Assembly: GCA_963827235.1 (NCBI GenBank)
Contig: CAWHAE010000012.1
Location: 96,001 to 160,000 of the forward strand
Source of the DNA: an uncultured bacterium
GTDB lineage: Bacteria; Chloroflexota; UBA5177; JANWHV01
Length of the DNA: 64,000 nt
Reading direction: 5' to 3'
Made by a program: the position numbers and the translations under genes. A model generated the notes under the pieces. It was given only the letters and a program-made list of their open reading frames with translations. It made no database searches and had not been told where the DNA came from. This document shows, in pieces, positions 30,085 through 40,726 of this stretch. The number at the start of each line of letters is the position of its first letter. The first letter of the stretch is position 1.

Positions 30085-31455
30085 ATGACGTTTTCATCGT
30101 GCGCGCGGCGCCTCCGCCGCGCGGGCCTGGGCGCGCTCGTGCTGGCCGGCATGCTGCAGGGAGCCGCGTCGCTCCACGCGGCGCCTGCCGGCCGGCAGGC
30201 GGAGGCGCCGACCACACTGCGCATCTGGTACGCCTCCGACGATCCCACCGAGGGACCCGTGATCCAGGCACTGGCCGCCGCCTTCCAGGCCTCGCACTCG
30301 GGAGTCACGGTGAGCCTGTCCACGTACTCCCTCGACGACATGAACGACAAGATGCAGCTTGCGCTCAGCTCCGGAAACACGCCCGACCTGGTCTACACGA
30401 CGCCGCGCGGGCCGGGACTGCCGACCTACGTGCGCGCCGACAAGCTTCTCGACCTTACCTCCGCCGCCCGGCGCGACAACTGGGCAGGCATGCTGCGGCC
30501 GGGGCTACTGAGCTCGTACAATGATCTGCTCAGCCCATCCGGCAGCGCGGGCGGCCACGTCTACGGAGCGCCGTACATGATGGCGGTGGTCGGCGTGCTC
30601 TACAACCAGGCAATCTTCTCGCGCCTGCACCTGTCCATCCCGACCAGCCTGGCCGCCTTCGAGGCTGCCTGTGCCAAGGCAAAAGCCGCCGGCCTCGTCC
30701 CCCTTGGCCTCGGCAACGCCGACGGCTGGGTGGGTGACGACTGGTACCTGACGTTGGTCAACGCGATCACGGGACCGGCGCCGCTCGTACCGGAGCTGCA
30801 CCTCGACCGGCATTTCAGCTTTGGCGGCCCGGCCTTCTTGCAGGCCGCTACCACACTGCAGAGCTGGGCCGACCAGCAGTACTTCACGCCGCAGTTCGGC
30901 GGCCTGGATGCCCAGGACGGCATGAACGCGTTCTTCCAGGGCAAGACGGCGATGGCGCTGATCTCCAGCACACAGAACGGACAGATCGTTTCCCTGGCCA
31001 AACAGACCGGGATCTCCGCCGGCGTCTTTGCCTTTCCCAGCGCGGACGTGAGCAGGGCCCCTGTGATGCCGCAGGCCGGATATTCCGGCTGGGCCGTCCC
31101 CAAGGCAGGCCGCCAGCTCGCCCTGGCGGAGGACTTCATCACCGCCATGCTGACCGATGCCACGGCGCAGAAGCTGCTCGGACATGGACTGCTCCCGGCG
31201 CGGCGACTGAGCGCGCACGATGTCGCCATGACGTCGGCATTTCAGCAGTCCTATCTGCATGCCCTGGCCACGGCCACGCCCGGTGTCTACATCGACGGGG
31301 CGCCGGTGCCCAACCTGAATGCCACCATGGAGGCCAACGTGCAGCTTCTGTTGCAGAAATTCGAGAAGCCCTCGTTCCTGGTGCGCAGCCTGCAGATGGT
31401 CTATTCCTCGAACGGATCCAAGGCCTCGAGCACGCGGACCGACGGGGAGTTCTAG
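30085..31455 (+). CDS. ABC transporter substrate-binding protein (sugar-binding family 1)
   Basis: Signal peptide, PDLVY, GVLYNQAIFSRLHLSIPTS, FFQGKTAM. Confidence 0.85.
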   Translation: MTFSSCARRLRRAGLGALVLAGMLQGAASLHAAPAGRQAEAPTTLRIWYASDDPTEGPVIQALAAAFQASHSGVTVSLSTYSLDDMNDKMQLALSSGNTPDLVYTTPRGPGLPTYVRADKLLDLTSAARRDNWAGMLRPGLLSSYNDLLSPSGSAGGHVYGAPYMMAVVGVLYNQAIFSRLHLSIPTSLAAFEAACAKAKAAGLVPLGLGNADGWVGDDWYLTLVNAITGPAPLVPELHLDRHFSFGGPAFLQAATTLQSWADQQYFTPQFGGLDAQDGMNAFFQGKTAMALISSTQNGQIVSLAKQTGISAGVFAFPSADVSRAPVMPQAGYSGWAVPKAGRQLALAEDFITAMLTDATAQKLLGHGLLPARRLSAHDVAMTSAFQQSYLHALATATPGVYIDGAPVPNLNATMEANVQLLLQKFEKPSFLVRSLQMVYSSNGSKASSTRTDGEF

Positions 31456-31490
31456 CCGGTTCGGCCGGCGGTTCGCCCGCTCCACGCACT

Positions 31491-31533
31491 GACACCCCCG
31501 GTCGCCCAGCCTTGCCGGCCGACCGGGGGTGTC
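31491..31533 (+). terminator. 14-bp perfect inverted repeat after the substrate-binding protein gene (terminator-like)
   Basis: GACACCCCCGGTCG...CGACCGGGGGTGTC. No clear U-tract. Confidence 0.55.
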
Positions 31534-31848
31534 GCCCGTCTCATCCGCTGCGTCGAGGTCGGTGGCGAGGTGTTGCTCGATCACCTGCCGCGGCGGCGCG
31601 GGCAGACGCTACCCTGCCTGCACGCGTGAGCCGGACTCCCTACCCGCAAGCCGGGATGCGGCTTCTGCCTGCCTTGCCAAGCAGCTGCGCACGCTCCTAC
31701 CACTCATGAGGCGGTCCGTGGCTAGCCCTGGGAGCCGGCAGCGCGCGGGCTCGCGCGTGGCCGTCGGCATTGACAGGCGCTGGAAAACGGAGTCAACTAA
31801 TCTGCAGCAGGCTCGACGCCGCATTCAGGCACCCTGAAACCGGCTAAG

Positions 31849-34194
31849 GTGGCAATCATGACAGTTGGCGCGAAGGCGTGCGCGGCCGAGCTGCTTCAGC
31901 GGGGCACTCGCCTCCTGGTGGGCACCGGCCTCGTCACCACCATGGTTCTGCGCATCGGCGGTGCCGTCCTGATGCTCTTTGCCTTCGTCTCCTGGCTCAA
32001 CTACGTCGACGCCGCGCAGACACTGCGCCAGCAAGCGGAGGACACGGGTCAGGCGCAGGCCCAGACGGCGGCCCGGCAGATAGATGCTGCACTTCGCACC
32101 GCCTCGACGGTGGTCGGGGAGACGAAGGCCACTCTGGAAGTGCTCGGCGACGCTCCCTACGCGCAGCAGGTGGCTTACGTGCGCCACATCTTGGCGATCA
32201 CGCCGCGCACCGACGCATATGACCTCTGGGCCTACTATGAGGCGCGGTCCTACAAGGACAAGGCAAGCCAGATCTGGATCACCCGAGCCAGCTGGCCAAA
32301 CCTGATTTATGTCGACTACGACTTTCATACCTCGCCCCTGGGGGCGTGGTATGTGGCGCCCAAGCGGGCCGGTCGTCTGGTGTTTACGCCGCCGTATTAC
32401 GGCCCGGTCGCCAAGGAAACACTGGTGTCCATCTCGGCACCGATGCGCGCCGGATCGAAGTATCTGGGTACCGTGGGCAGCGACATAGAGGTGAGCACGC
32501 TATCTCGTATCGCCGCCGGGCTGCATTTCGGCGACGGCAACAACGGCAGCTATGCCTTTATCTTCGCGGCGCAGGGCTCGCTGGTAGCCTTTCCAGACGC
32601 CGGTGCGCTGGTCGGTCCCTCCCACGGCGGCCAGTCGGTGGCAGCGGTCCAGGCTGGGCGCTTCCGCTTGCTGCTGCAGGCGAAAGGTCAGGCGCCGGTC
32701 GGCGTGACGCTGCCGGGCGGCGCGGCGGCGCTGGTCTACCACGAGCCCATACCCACTGCCGGGTGGACCCTGGCCTTCGTGGTGCCCGAATCGGCCATCT
32801 ATGCACCGCTGGACCGCTTGCACCAGCAGACGATTGCCCTGACCGCTGCCAGCCTGGTCGTGGTCCTGCTGGTGGTCGTCGTGCTCGCGCGCGGCATCGT
32901 GCGACCGGTGCGCCGCGTCGAGCAGGCGGCACGCCTGCTGGCCAAGGGCGACTCGCGGGTCGACGACCTGCTCCCGCGCGGGCGGCGCGATGAGATCGGC
33001 CAGCTTGGCGAGGCCTTCCAGCGCATGGTGAGCTACCAGCGCGAGTATGTGCGGGTCTCCGAGGTGCTCAGGATCAGCGAGCAGCGCCTGCACGCCGTAA
33101 TTGCCCATGCCCCGATTCTGCTCTTTGCCGTCGATCGGCGGGGTATCTTCACCCTGGTGGAGACCGGCCTGCAGGTGCCGGAGGAATTCCCCTTGCCGCG
33201 GCCCGGCGAGGTCGTCGCCGGCTCATGGCTGGCCGGCGAGCCCGAAATCCTCGCCCTGCTCGAGCGCGCGAGGACGAGCGCCGCCTTTGCCACGTATCTG
33301 GAGCTGAACGGGCGGGTGTTCGAGATCTGGTGGTTCCCCGAGCTCGATCAGGCCGGTTGTGTCGACGGAGGCACGGGCGTGGCGGTCGACGTGACGGCTT
33401 CGTTCAAGGCGCAGGAGCAGGCCGAGGCGGCGCGCAAGGCGGCAGAAGAGCTGGCACAGCTACGTAGTGACTTCGTGGCCACGGTTAGTCACGAGCTGCG
33501 TACTCCGCTCACCTCTATCGTCGGCTACGGCGAGATGCTGCAGTCACAGTGGAACGTGCTGAGCGACGAGAAGCGGCAGGACTGGCTGGCGCGCATCGTG
33601 CTCTCGGCCAATCGCCAGCACAAATTGGTCAATGATCTGCTTCTGCTCTCGCGCTTGGAAAACGAGTTCATTGAGGTCAGTCCGATGGCTGCCAACGTCG
33701 CGATTGCGGTCTCGCGTGCCGTCGACGAGATTCGCGGCGCCTACGCGGGCCAGAACATAGACGCCGACGGTCCGGCCGACCTGCTCGCGCAGGTGGACCT
33801 GGCCCGCACGATCCAGATCCTGGCCAACCTGCTGGACAACGCGGCCAAGTATTCGCCGGTTGGCAGCACGATCCACGTGTCCTGGCAGCAGGAGGGCGAC
33901 CGGGTGTGCGTGCGCGTGCGCGACGCCGGGCCGGGCGTGCCAGCAGAAGGGCGGGGCCAGCTCTTCACGCGCTTCGGGCGGCTCCCCGGCAGCAGCATGC
34001 GGGGCGGCCACGTCGGCACCGGTCTGGGCCTCTATCTCGGCAGGCTGTGGGCGCAGGCGATGGGCGGCGACCTCGACCTCGAGGAAACCGGCCCGGCAGG
34101 CAGCGTCTTCCTGCTCCGCCTCTTGCCCGTGCCGGATTCACAGGCGCGGCCGGCCGTCGCACCGCCCGAGCAGGACGAACGCGCGGCATCGTAA
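31849..34194 (+). CDS. Orphan sensor histidine kinase (dCache, HAMP, PAS, HisKA, HATPase); start uncertain
   Basis: WYVAPK...FTPPY Cache motif, HAMP DEIGQLGEAF, SHELRTPL, NLLDNAAKYS, DAGPG, GTGLGL. Confidence 0.9.
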   Translation: MAIMTVGAKACAAELLQRGTRLLVGTGLVTTMVLRIGGAVLMLFAFVSWLNYVDAAQTLRQQAEDTGQAQAQTAARQIDAALRTASTVVGETKATLEVLGDAPYAQQVAYVRHILAITPRTDAYDLWAYYEARSYKDKASQIWITRASWPNLIYVDYDFHTSPLGAWYVAPKRAGRLVFTPPYYGPVAKETLVSISAPMRAGSKYLGTVGSDIEVSTLSRIAAGLHFGDGNNGSYAFIFAAQGSLVAFPDAGALVGPSHGGQSVAAVQAGRFRLLLQAKGQAPVGVTLPGGAAALVYHEPIPTAGWTLAFVVPESAIYAPLDRLHQQTIALTAASLVVVLLVVVVLARGIVRPVRRVEQAARLLAKGDSRVDDLLPRGRRDEIGQLGEAFQRMVSYQREYVRVSEVLRISEQRLHAVIAHAPILLFAVDRRGIFTLVETGLQVPEEFPLPRPGEVVAGSWLAGEPEILALLERARTSAAFATYLELNGRVFEIWWFPELDQAGCVDGGTGVAVDVTASFKAQEQAEAARKAAEELAQLRSDFVATVSHELRTPLTSIVGYGEMLQSQWNVLSDEKRQDWLARIVLSANRQHKLVNDLLLLSRLENEFIEVSPMAANVAIAVSRAVDEIRGAYAGQNIDADGPADLLAQVDLARTIQILANLLDNAAKYSPVGSTIHVSWQQEGDRVCVRVRDAGPGVPAEGRGQLFTRFGRLPGSSMRGGHVGTGLGLYLGRLWAQAMGGDLDLEETGPAGSVFLLRLLPVPDSQARPAVAPPEQDERAAS

Positions 34195-34252
34195 GCGCCG
34201 GCGACATGTGCCATACCCGGCCTCTTGCGCCGCCGAGCACTGTCGCATCATG

Positions 34253-36433
34253 TCAGGCGACGTGGTTGCCGGCGGCAGCCGGCGCCGTGTTCTCATGCTC
34301 GGCGGCCCGGGCCGCGCTCCCCGGCCAGGTGAGATACCGGCCGAGCACGATGGTCGCACCTGGTACCAGCATGGCCCGCACCACGAGGGTGTCGAGCAGC
34401 ACGCCCAGCGCCACGCCGAGGCCGACCTCGAGCGTCTCTCGCAACGGCTCCACGGCCAGCACGCCGAACGTACCTGCCAGAATGATCCCGGCGCTCGTGA
34501 TCACCCCGCCGGTTGCGGTTACGGCGCGGCCGACGGCCTCCGGCAGAGGCGCGGATCGCGCTTCCTCCTTGACACGGCTCAGCAAGAAGATGTTGTAGTC
34601 GGCTCCCAGGGCGCTGAGGAACACGAACAGATCGAGCGGGAACTGGAAGCTCACGCTGGGGCTGCCCAGTAGCGTGCGATTGATCAGTATGAGCAGGCCG
34701 AAGGCCGCGAAGAAGCCGAGCGCGTTGATGAGAAGCAGGTAGATCGGCGCCACCGCCGACCATAGCAGTAGACCCAGAACGAGGGCGATGAGCACCAGTA
34801 CGATGGGGACTATCACCACGGTGTCGCGCTCTGCCGCGGCCTTGAGATCGTAGGACGTGGCCGTCTCACCGCCCACCAGGGCCGTGCCGCCGAAGGGAGC
34901 AAGCGCCTGTCGCGCCAGCACGCGGATAGCCGGGATGCGCTCGATGGTGTGGAGATCGTAGGGGTCGGCGGCGAACGTCAGGTCGAGGAGCACCGTGCGC
35001 CCATCGCTCGAGCGCGTTGCCGGGTGCACGGAGGCGACCCCGGGCGCGCTCGCCAGGGACGTTGTGGCGGCGACGATGTCCTGTGCGGAGAGCGGCTGCG
35101 CACCCGAGTGCAGCACGACCTGGGCCGGTGCCAGCGACCCGGCTCCGAATGCGCCGCGCAGCATGTCGAAGCCCTGAGCCGACGGGGTAGGACGCAAGTA
35201 GCTCTGCAGGAAGTCGAAACGCTCCTGGTAGCCGAGCACGCCGGCAGCCAGCGCGCCGAGCACCATGGTCGAGGCAGCTACGGCCACCACGGGCCGGGTC
35301 ACCACGAAGCGCGCGATGCCGCCCCAGAAGGTGGAGGGCGCCGGCTCGGCCTGCCCGACCCGCGGCACGGCCGGCCAGAACGCGGGCCGCCCCATCACGA
35401 GGAGGAGGGCGGGGATCAGGGTCAAGCCCGCCAGGAGGACGGTCGCGATGCTGGTGGCCAGCGCCACGCCCAAGTCATGGTAGGTTCCGTAGCGGGCCAG
35501 CAGCAGCGTGAGCATGGCCAGGAAGACGACACCGCCGCTCGCCAACACCGATTCTGCCACGGAGCCCAGGGCAGTGCGCATGGCGTCGGCCGGCTCGTGC
35601 TGCCTGCGCAGCGCGGACCGGTAGCGGGAGACGATGAACAGCGTGTAGTCCGTTCCGGCACCGAACATCAGCACCGTGACCAGTGCCGTCGCCTCGCCGT
35701 TGAGAGCAACGCCTGCCACGTGCTCACCGACCGTCAGCAACGCGCTGGCGATGCCGAAGGCCCAGCCGACCGCGACGATCGGAGTCAGCGCCAGCAGCGG
35801 GGCTCGATAGACGATGCCGAGCAGGAGCAGGACGAGGGCGATCGTGGTCAGCAGGAGCGGCGCGTTGCCTTGGCTGAATACCTTCGCCGCATCGGCCACG
35901 ATCCCCGCCGGCCCGGTCACCCGGATGGCAAGGGTGCCGGACCCGTTCCCAGCCTTGCGGGTTATGGCGTTGACCGCGGAGGTAGGATCCTGCGCGTCGA
36001 TCGTGGCCTGCACGATCAGCGTCGAGCCGTCGCGCGAGATCAGGCCCGCCCCGGCCGCGCCGCCCGTGAAGGGGTCGCGCACGGACGTCACCACTCGCGG
36101 CGCCGCCGGCGAGCGGAGCCAGGCGGCGAGGTTCCGCGCCTGCGCGCGATCCCCGGCGATGAGGCCGCCAGGCCGCTGATAGACCACGAGCGCTGCCGAG
36201 CCGTGCAGTCCGGGAAACGCTTGCTGGATGAGCACGTCGGCATGGTGGGCTTCTGAGGACGCGGGAAGATCGCTGCCGGTCCTGGATGGCGCCGGAAAGC
36301 TGATGGCAGCCACGTTGGCGCCGATCGCCACCACGAGCCACAAGAGGATAATCAGCCACGCGCCGCGCTTGCTGGCCACGCGGTCGGTGAGAGAGTGTAA
36401 GAACGGGACGTTCGAGCCGGGGGTCGCTGCCAT
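34253..36433 (-). CDS. MMPL family (RND) transporter
   Basis: GAGTDYTLFIVSRY and LGADYNIFLLSRVKEE, TGGVITSAG, LLDT. Confidence 0.92.
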   Translation of the reverse strand: MAATPGSNVPFLHSLTDRVASKRGAWLIILLWLVVAIGANVAAISFPAPSRTGSDLPASSEAHHADVLIQQAFPGLHGSAALVVYQRPGGLIAGDRAQARNLAAWLRSPAAPRVVTSVRDPFTGGAAGAGLISRDGSTLIVQATIDAQDPTSAVNAITRKAGNGSGTLAIRVTGPAGIVADAAKVFSQGNAPLLLTTIALVLLLLGIVYRAPLLALTPIVAVGWAFGIASALLTVGEHVAGVALNGEATALVTVLMFGAGTDYTLFIVSRYRSALRRQHEPADAMRTALGSVAESVLASGGVVFLAMLTLLLARYGTYHDLGVALATSIATVLLAGLTLIPALLLVMGRPAFWPAVPRVGQAEPAPSTFWGGIARFVVTRPVVAVAASTMVLGALAAGVLGYQERFDFLQSYLRPTPSAQGFDMLRGAFGAGSLAPAQVVLHSGAQPLSAQDIVAATTSLASAPGVASVHPATRSSDGRTVLLDLTFAADPYDLHTIERIPAIRVLARQALAPFGGTALVGGETATSYDLKAAAERDTVVIVPIVLVLIALVLGLLLWSAVAPIYLLLINALGFFAAFGLLILINRTLLGSPSVSFQFPLDLFVFLSALGADYNIFLLSRVKEEARSAPLPEAVGRAVTATGGVITSAGIILAGTFGVLAVEPLRETLEVGLGVALGVLLDTLVVRAMLVPGATIVLGRYLTWPGSAARAAEHENTAPAAAGNHVA

Positions 36434-36526
36434 TGCTTCACGAATCCTTACGTCGCTGTCGTTCTGGCCGGCTTGCCGCCGGCTTCCGTCGATCGCCGTG
36501 TCACCGGGCCAGGGCCCGGCATGATG

Positions 36527-36548
36527 TAACTTTACGGTTGGTTAGTTA
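36527..36548. promoter_or_regulatory. Putative TetR operator upstream of the MMPL gene
   Basis: Imperfect palindrome TAACTTTACGGTTGGTTAGTTA, similar to 37274-37295. Confidence 0.55.
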
Positions 36549-36592
36549 ACGAGACATGCTGCGGTGCCTGGGCAATGCTGATCGCTTGAGTG

Positions 36593-37273
36593 CTATTCCT
36601 CCGTCTGGCGCGATGCGGGTCCCCGGTCGGCCGGGATCGGCAGCGCTGCCGCGCCGTGCAGAAAGAGGTCCAGAATGAGGCCGGCTATATCGGGGCGGTC
36701 CCGGAATCCTGACTCCCTACCAACTCGGCCGCTGAATGCCACCAGCATGTGCGTAAAAGCGTGCGCCAGCAGGCGCGGCTCGCCGCGCAACAGGCCCGAC
36801 TCGACCCCTTCGCGCATCAGCGCCTCCGGCGGCTCCTCCAGAGCCCGATGCGCCTGCAGAATCTGCCCGCGCTGATCCGGGGTCAGATGCTGGTAGACGT
36901 CGCGCATCATGGCGTCCATGTCCGCGTCGGCCGGTATGCCGGTGGTAGCGCGGGCCAGCTGCAGCAGGCGGTCTGGCAGTGCGTGCGGCGAGGCGGCGAT
37001 GCCCCGCATGGCGGCCGCGATCCGTTCGAGCAGATCGCAGAGCATGGCGGTGTAGAGCGCGTCCTTGGTAGGGAAGTGATGGTAGATTGCCGCCTTGGAG
37101 ACGCCGACGGCATCGGCGATGTCGCCTACGGATACGGCGGCGTAGCCGCGCTTGGCGAACAGCGCGCCCGCGTGCCGCAGGATCTCGGCTCGCCGCTCGC
37201 CCTCCGGTACCTCCTCGAGCGGCGGCCGCCCCATCCGTCGCCCGCTGCTCAATCTCGCCGACCCCTTCATCAA
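36593..37273 (-). CDS. TetR/AcrR family regulator
   Basis: ILRHAGALFAKRGYAAVSVGDIADAVGVSKAAIYHHFPTK. Confidence 0.93.
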   Translation of the reverse strand: MMKGSARLSSGRRMGRPPLEEVPEGERRAEILRHAGALFAKRGYAAVSVGDIADAVGVSKAAIYHHFPTKDALYTAMLCDLLERIAAAMRGIAASPHALPDRLLQLARATTGIPADADMDAMMRDVYQHLTPDQRGQILQAHRALEEPPEALMREGVESGLLRGEPRLLAHAFTHMLVAFSGRVGRESGFRDRPDIAGLILDLFLHGAAALPIPADRGPASRQTEE

Positions 37274-37295
37274 TAACTTACCGTACGATTAGATA
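37274..37295. promoter_or_regulatory. Putative TetR autoregulatory operator
   Basis: TAACTTACCGTACGATTAGATA directly abuts the tetR start and matches the MMPL-upstream site. Confidence 0.5.
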
Positions 37296-37591
37296 ATAGC
37301 TGGCCGAATAGAGCTCGTCAATACAGGCCGGGTGGGGGCACGACGGTGTCCAGTTACGGCAACATGGCAGGATGGCGCGAGCGGGGGACGGCAACCTCCA
37401 TCCGTGTCCGGCGAGAATGGGAGACCATCGCTCGACGCGCCGTGGTCCCTCAGGCGGGAGGCTTCGGGACGGCGCGCGCCCCGTACCGTTCATGTGTGTG
37501 TAGCATGGACATCCCATCGCCGAGCAGGAGAGTATGACGCGGTACGCCGGACGGCCCGGCGAGCGCAACCCCCGTTCCGGACTCCTGCTTC

Positions 37592-37927
37592 TCAGTTGCC
37601 GGGAGGAGTCTTCGCCGCTTCGAACTGCTCCCGCGAGATGAGCGTGCACCCTTCGGCGCGCGAGCTGGCGGCCCGATTCGCAGAGTCGAGAACGACATGC
37701 AGGTACATCAGGTTCTGGCACGCCGATCCCAGTATCTCCTTGTGCAGGGTGCGTACCCCGTGCTCCGATCCGTCGGGATACTCCAGAGAGGCATCGGTTT
37801 GCGGGGCGGCTCGCACGTGAAGCCTCTCGCCGCATTTCGCGCACTGCACGTAGAAATGCAGGGCGCTCCGATCGCCCCTGCTATCGGCTGGCCGCTTGCC
37901 ACCGAACCACCGCGAGAAGAAACCCAT
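37592..37927 (-). CDS. Small hypothetical protein with CxxC motif
   Basis: GGAGGGG RBS. MGFFSRWFGG amphipathic N-terminus, YVQCAKCGE, KEILGSAC. Confidence 0.7.
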   Translation of the reverse strand: MGFFSRWFGGKRPADSRGDRSALHFYVQCAKCGERLHVRAAPQTDASLEYPDGSEHGVRTLHKEILGSACQNLMYLHVVLDSANRAASSRAEGCTLISREQFEAAKTPPGN

Positions 37928-38283
37928 GAGACACCCCCTCCGCCGCTACGAGTGCGGACATCTACGAGTGTAGCGCTTTGTCGTGACGGACAGGCTCGAG
38001 GCGGCGTGCCCGGCTCCGGCATCGCCCCGGGCCTTGCCCACGATCGGCGATTCGGGTTGCGCCTCGCGGGCTATCGATCCGGCGCGCTGTGCAGCAAGGC
38101 ACGCACCCGCGGTGCCGCGGCGCTTGACATCGCCTGCCGCGATGCTAAATGCTTGCTACGTGGTCTATCCGGCATTCTCCCTGCGAGTGGAGGGCTGACC
38201 CCGGCGGCCCGTTGGCGGTCGCGGCGAGGACTGTCGGCAACGCGTGTGCCTCCCTGAGAGGACGTGAAAGGCGGCCATTGACG

Positions 38284-39384
38284 ATGCACACTGACACGGT
38301 TTGGGCGTATGTCGGCACCTATACCACCACGATGCCATTCGTTCAGGGCAAGGCAACCGGGATCACGGTATGCCGCCTGGATAGTGCAAAGGGCACCCTG
38401 ACCCCGGTGCATACGGTGACCGGGGTCACCAATCCGTCGTACCTCACAGTCGATCCGACGCGCCGGTACCTCTACTGCGTTGAGGAATACGCCGTCGCCG
38501 TGCGGGAGGTCGGCGACGTGTCCGCGTTCCGTATCGATCTGGCTACCGGTAATCTGACGCATCTCAATCGGCAGCCTTCGTGTGGCGCCGAGCCGGCGCA
38601 TATCAGCACCGACCGCCAAGGCCGCTGGGTCCTGGTAGCCAATTATCGCAGCGGCAGGATCGCCGTGCTGCCGGCACAGGCCGGCGGCAAGCTCGGTCCG
38701 GCCGCTGACGTCGTGCAGCACGAGGGTCATAGCGTCAATGCCGAGCGCCAGAGCGGACCGCACGCGCACTGGATCTGCCCGGATCCGGCAAACCGCTTCA
38801 TCCTGGTGTCGGATCTGGGTCTCGACAACCTCCTGACCTACCGGCTGGACCACGAAACGGGAAAGCTCCGGCGCGTAGCCGGCAACGGCGGCGCGGTGCC
38901 GCCGGGATCGGGTCCCCGCCATGCCGTGTTTCGTCCGGATGGGCGCTTCGTCTATCTGGTGAACGAGCTCGACTCCACCATCATCACCTTTGAGTACGAT
39001 TCCTCCGAAGGCAAGCTGGACCTGCTTCAGCACCTCTCCACGCTGCCCGACTGGCACTCCGGGGAGAGCTCCATCGCGGCAGTGCGCGTGGCGCCCAGCG
39101 GGCGATTCGTGTACGCGTCCAACCGCGGCCACGACACGATCGGCATCTTTGCCAGCGACCCCGCCTCCGGCCGGCTCGAGTGCGTCGGCTTCCAGTCGAC
39201 CCAGGGATCGACGCCGCGCGACTTCAATATCGACCCCACGGGAACCTTTCTCTTCGCGGCGAATCAGAACAGCAATACGATCGTGGCGTTCCACATCGAC
39301 CAGCAGACGGGTAAGCTGGCGCCTACAGGTCGGGTAACGGCGGTCGACACGCCGGTCTGCATCGAGTTCTGCCCGGCCGGTTGA
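38284..39384 (+). CDS. pgl: 6-phosphogluconolactonase-like beta-propeller lactonase
   Basis: YVGTYT, NPSYL, VANY, RQSGPHAH, DLGLD, GSGPRH, NEL, SNRGHD, PRDF, ANQNS. Confidence 0.88.
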   Translation: MHTDTVWAYVGTYTTTMPFVQGKATGITVCRLDSAKGTLTPVHTVTGVTNPSYLTVDPTRRYLYCVEEYAVAVREVGDVSAFRIDLATGNLTHLNRQPSCGAEPAHISTDRQGRWVLVANYRSGRIAVLPAQAGGKLGPAADVVQHEGHSVNAERQSGPHAHWICPDPANRFILVSDLGLDNLLTYRLDHETGKLRRVAGNGGAVPPGSGPRHAVFRPDGRFVYLVNELDSTIITFEYDSSEGKLDLLQHLSTLPDWHSGESSIAAVRVAPSGRFVYASNRGHDTIGIFASDPASGRLECVGFQSTQGSTPRDFNIDPTGTFLFAANQNSNTIVAFHIDQQTGKLAPTGRVTAVDTPVCIEFCPAG

Positions 39385-39466
39385 TCGCGCGGCACGCGAG
39401 CCCTATGCCCGATCCACACCCTCGTCATGGCTCGGCCAGGACTCAAGGCAAGCACACAACCCCGCC

Positions 39467-40726
39467 CTAGCTGAGCGGCCCGCTGTTCTGCTCCCAGGCG
39501 CGGAAGGCGATCACGGCGTTCTGCCCGCCGAAGCCGAAAGCATTGGCCAGGGCAGCCCTCACCGGCCGGTGCCGTGCGACGAGCGGGACATAGTCGAGAT
39601 CGCACGCCGGATCGGCGGTCTCCAGGTTAATCGTGGGCGGGATCACGCCGGTAGCGATGGCGAGCACGGCGCATATGGCGGAGAGGGCCCCGGCAGCGCC
39701 GAAGGTGTGGCCCAGCATGGACTTGTTGGCGCTGATCGCCACCCGGTCGGCCGCGTCGCCCAGTGCCGCCCGAATCGCGTGCGTCTCCGCCACGTCGCCT
39801 GCCGCGGTTGCCGTGGCGTGCGCGGCGATGTAGGCTACCTCATCCGGCGCCAGGCGCGCCTCGCGCAGCGCCTTCCGCATGGCGATCGCCACCTGCTCGC
39901 CGCCCGGCAGGGGATCGGTGATGTGGTGGGCGTCGCAGGTCACCCCGGCCCCGGCCACCTCGCACAGGATGCGAGCCCCCCTGCGCACGGCGTGGACGGC
40001 ATCTTCCAGCACCAATACAGCCGCGCCCTCGCTCAATACGAAGCCGTCGCGATTCAGGTCGAACGGGCGTGAGGCTCGCGCGGGCTCGTCGTTCCGCCTG
40101 GAGAGACCATGCATGTTGGCCAGGCTGGCGACCGATAGGGGATTCACGCACGAGTCGGTGCCGCCTGCCAGCACCGCGTGCACGTCACCGCGCTGCAGCA
40201 TGCGAAACGCGTCGTGTACGGCAAGGGCGCCCGCGGCGCAGGCTCCCGTGGCGCTGAACACGGGCCCGTGAATGCCCAGGCAAATGGCCGGCTGCGTGGC
40301 AGCCATGTTCGGCGCCAGCGCCGGGACCAGAAGCGGGCTGACGCGCTCGGGTCCCTTCTCCAGGCGCACGTGTTCCTCGGCCAGCAGCCGGCTGATGCCG
40401 CCCACGGCGGTGTTGATCGCGATGCCGATCTCGCCGTCGGTCTCCGGTGTGATCGGCAGACCCGCCTCGTCCACGGCCATGCGCGACGCGGCAACGGCGA
40501 ACTGAGCGAAGCGCTCCATCCGGCGGGCCTGCTTTGTCTCCATGTAGCTCGCCGGCTCGAAATCGAGCACCTCGCCGGCGATCTGGACGGGCAGGCCGGT
40601 ACAGTCGAAGCGGGAAATCGGCCGTACGCCGGACACGCCATCAGTCAGGTGCTCCCAGAATTGACGCACTGTCGAGCCGATCGGCGTGACGACTCCCAGT
40701 CCGGTGACCACGATACGTGCAGGCAA
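39467..40726 (-). CDS. fabF: Beta-ketoacyl-ACP synthase II
   Basis: IVVTGLG, catalytic ACAAG, SRPFD..RDGFV, H(AT)AT, KSMLGH, NAFGFGG. TTG start after AAAGGA. Confidence 0.88.
   Translation of the reverse strand: MPARIVVTGLGVVTPIGSTVRQFWEHLTDGVSGVRPISRFDCTGLPVQIAGEVLDFEPASYMETKQARRMERFAQFAVAASRMAVDEAGLPITPETDGEIGIAINTAVGGISRLLAEEHVRLEKGPERVSPLLVPALAPNMAATQPAICLGIHGPVFSATGACAAGALAVHDAFRMLQRGDVHAVLAGGTDSCVNPLSVASLANMHGLSRRNDEPARASRPFDLNRDGFVLSEGAAVLVLEDAVHAVRRGARILCEVAGAGVTCDAHHITDPLPGGEQVAIAMRKALREARLAPDEVAYIAAHATATAAGDVAETHAIRAALGDAADRVAISANKSMLGHTFGAAGALSAICAVLAIATGVIPPTINLETADPACDLDYVPLVARHRPVRAALANAFGFGGQNAVIAFRAWEQNSGPLS

Noticed and set aside
31770-31797. TTGAC...GTCAA inverted repeat upstream of the orphan histidine kinase
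   Set aside because: Only 5-bp arms with a long spacer and a single occurrence; cannot be distinguished from a -35 element plus chance.
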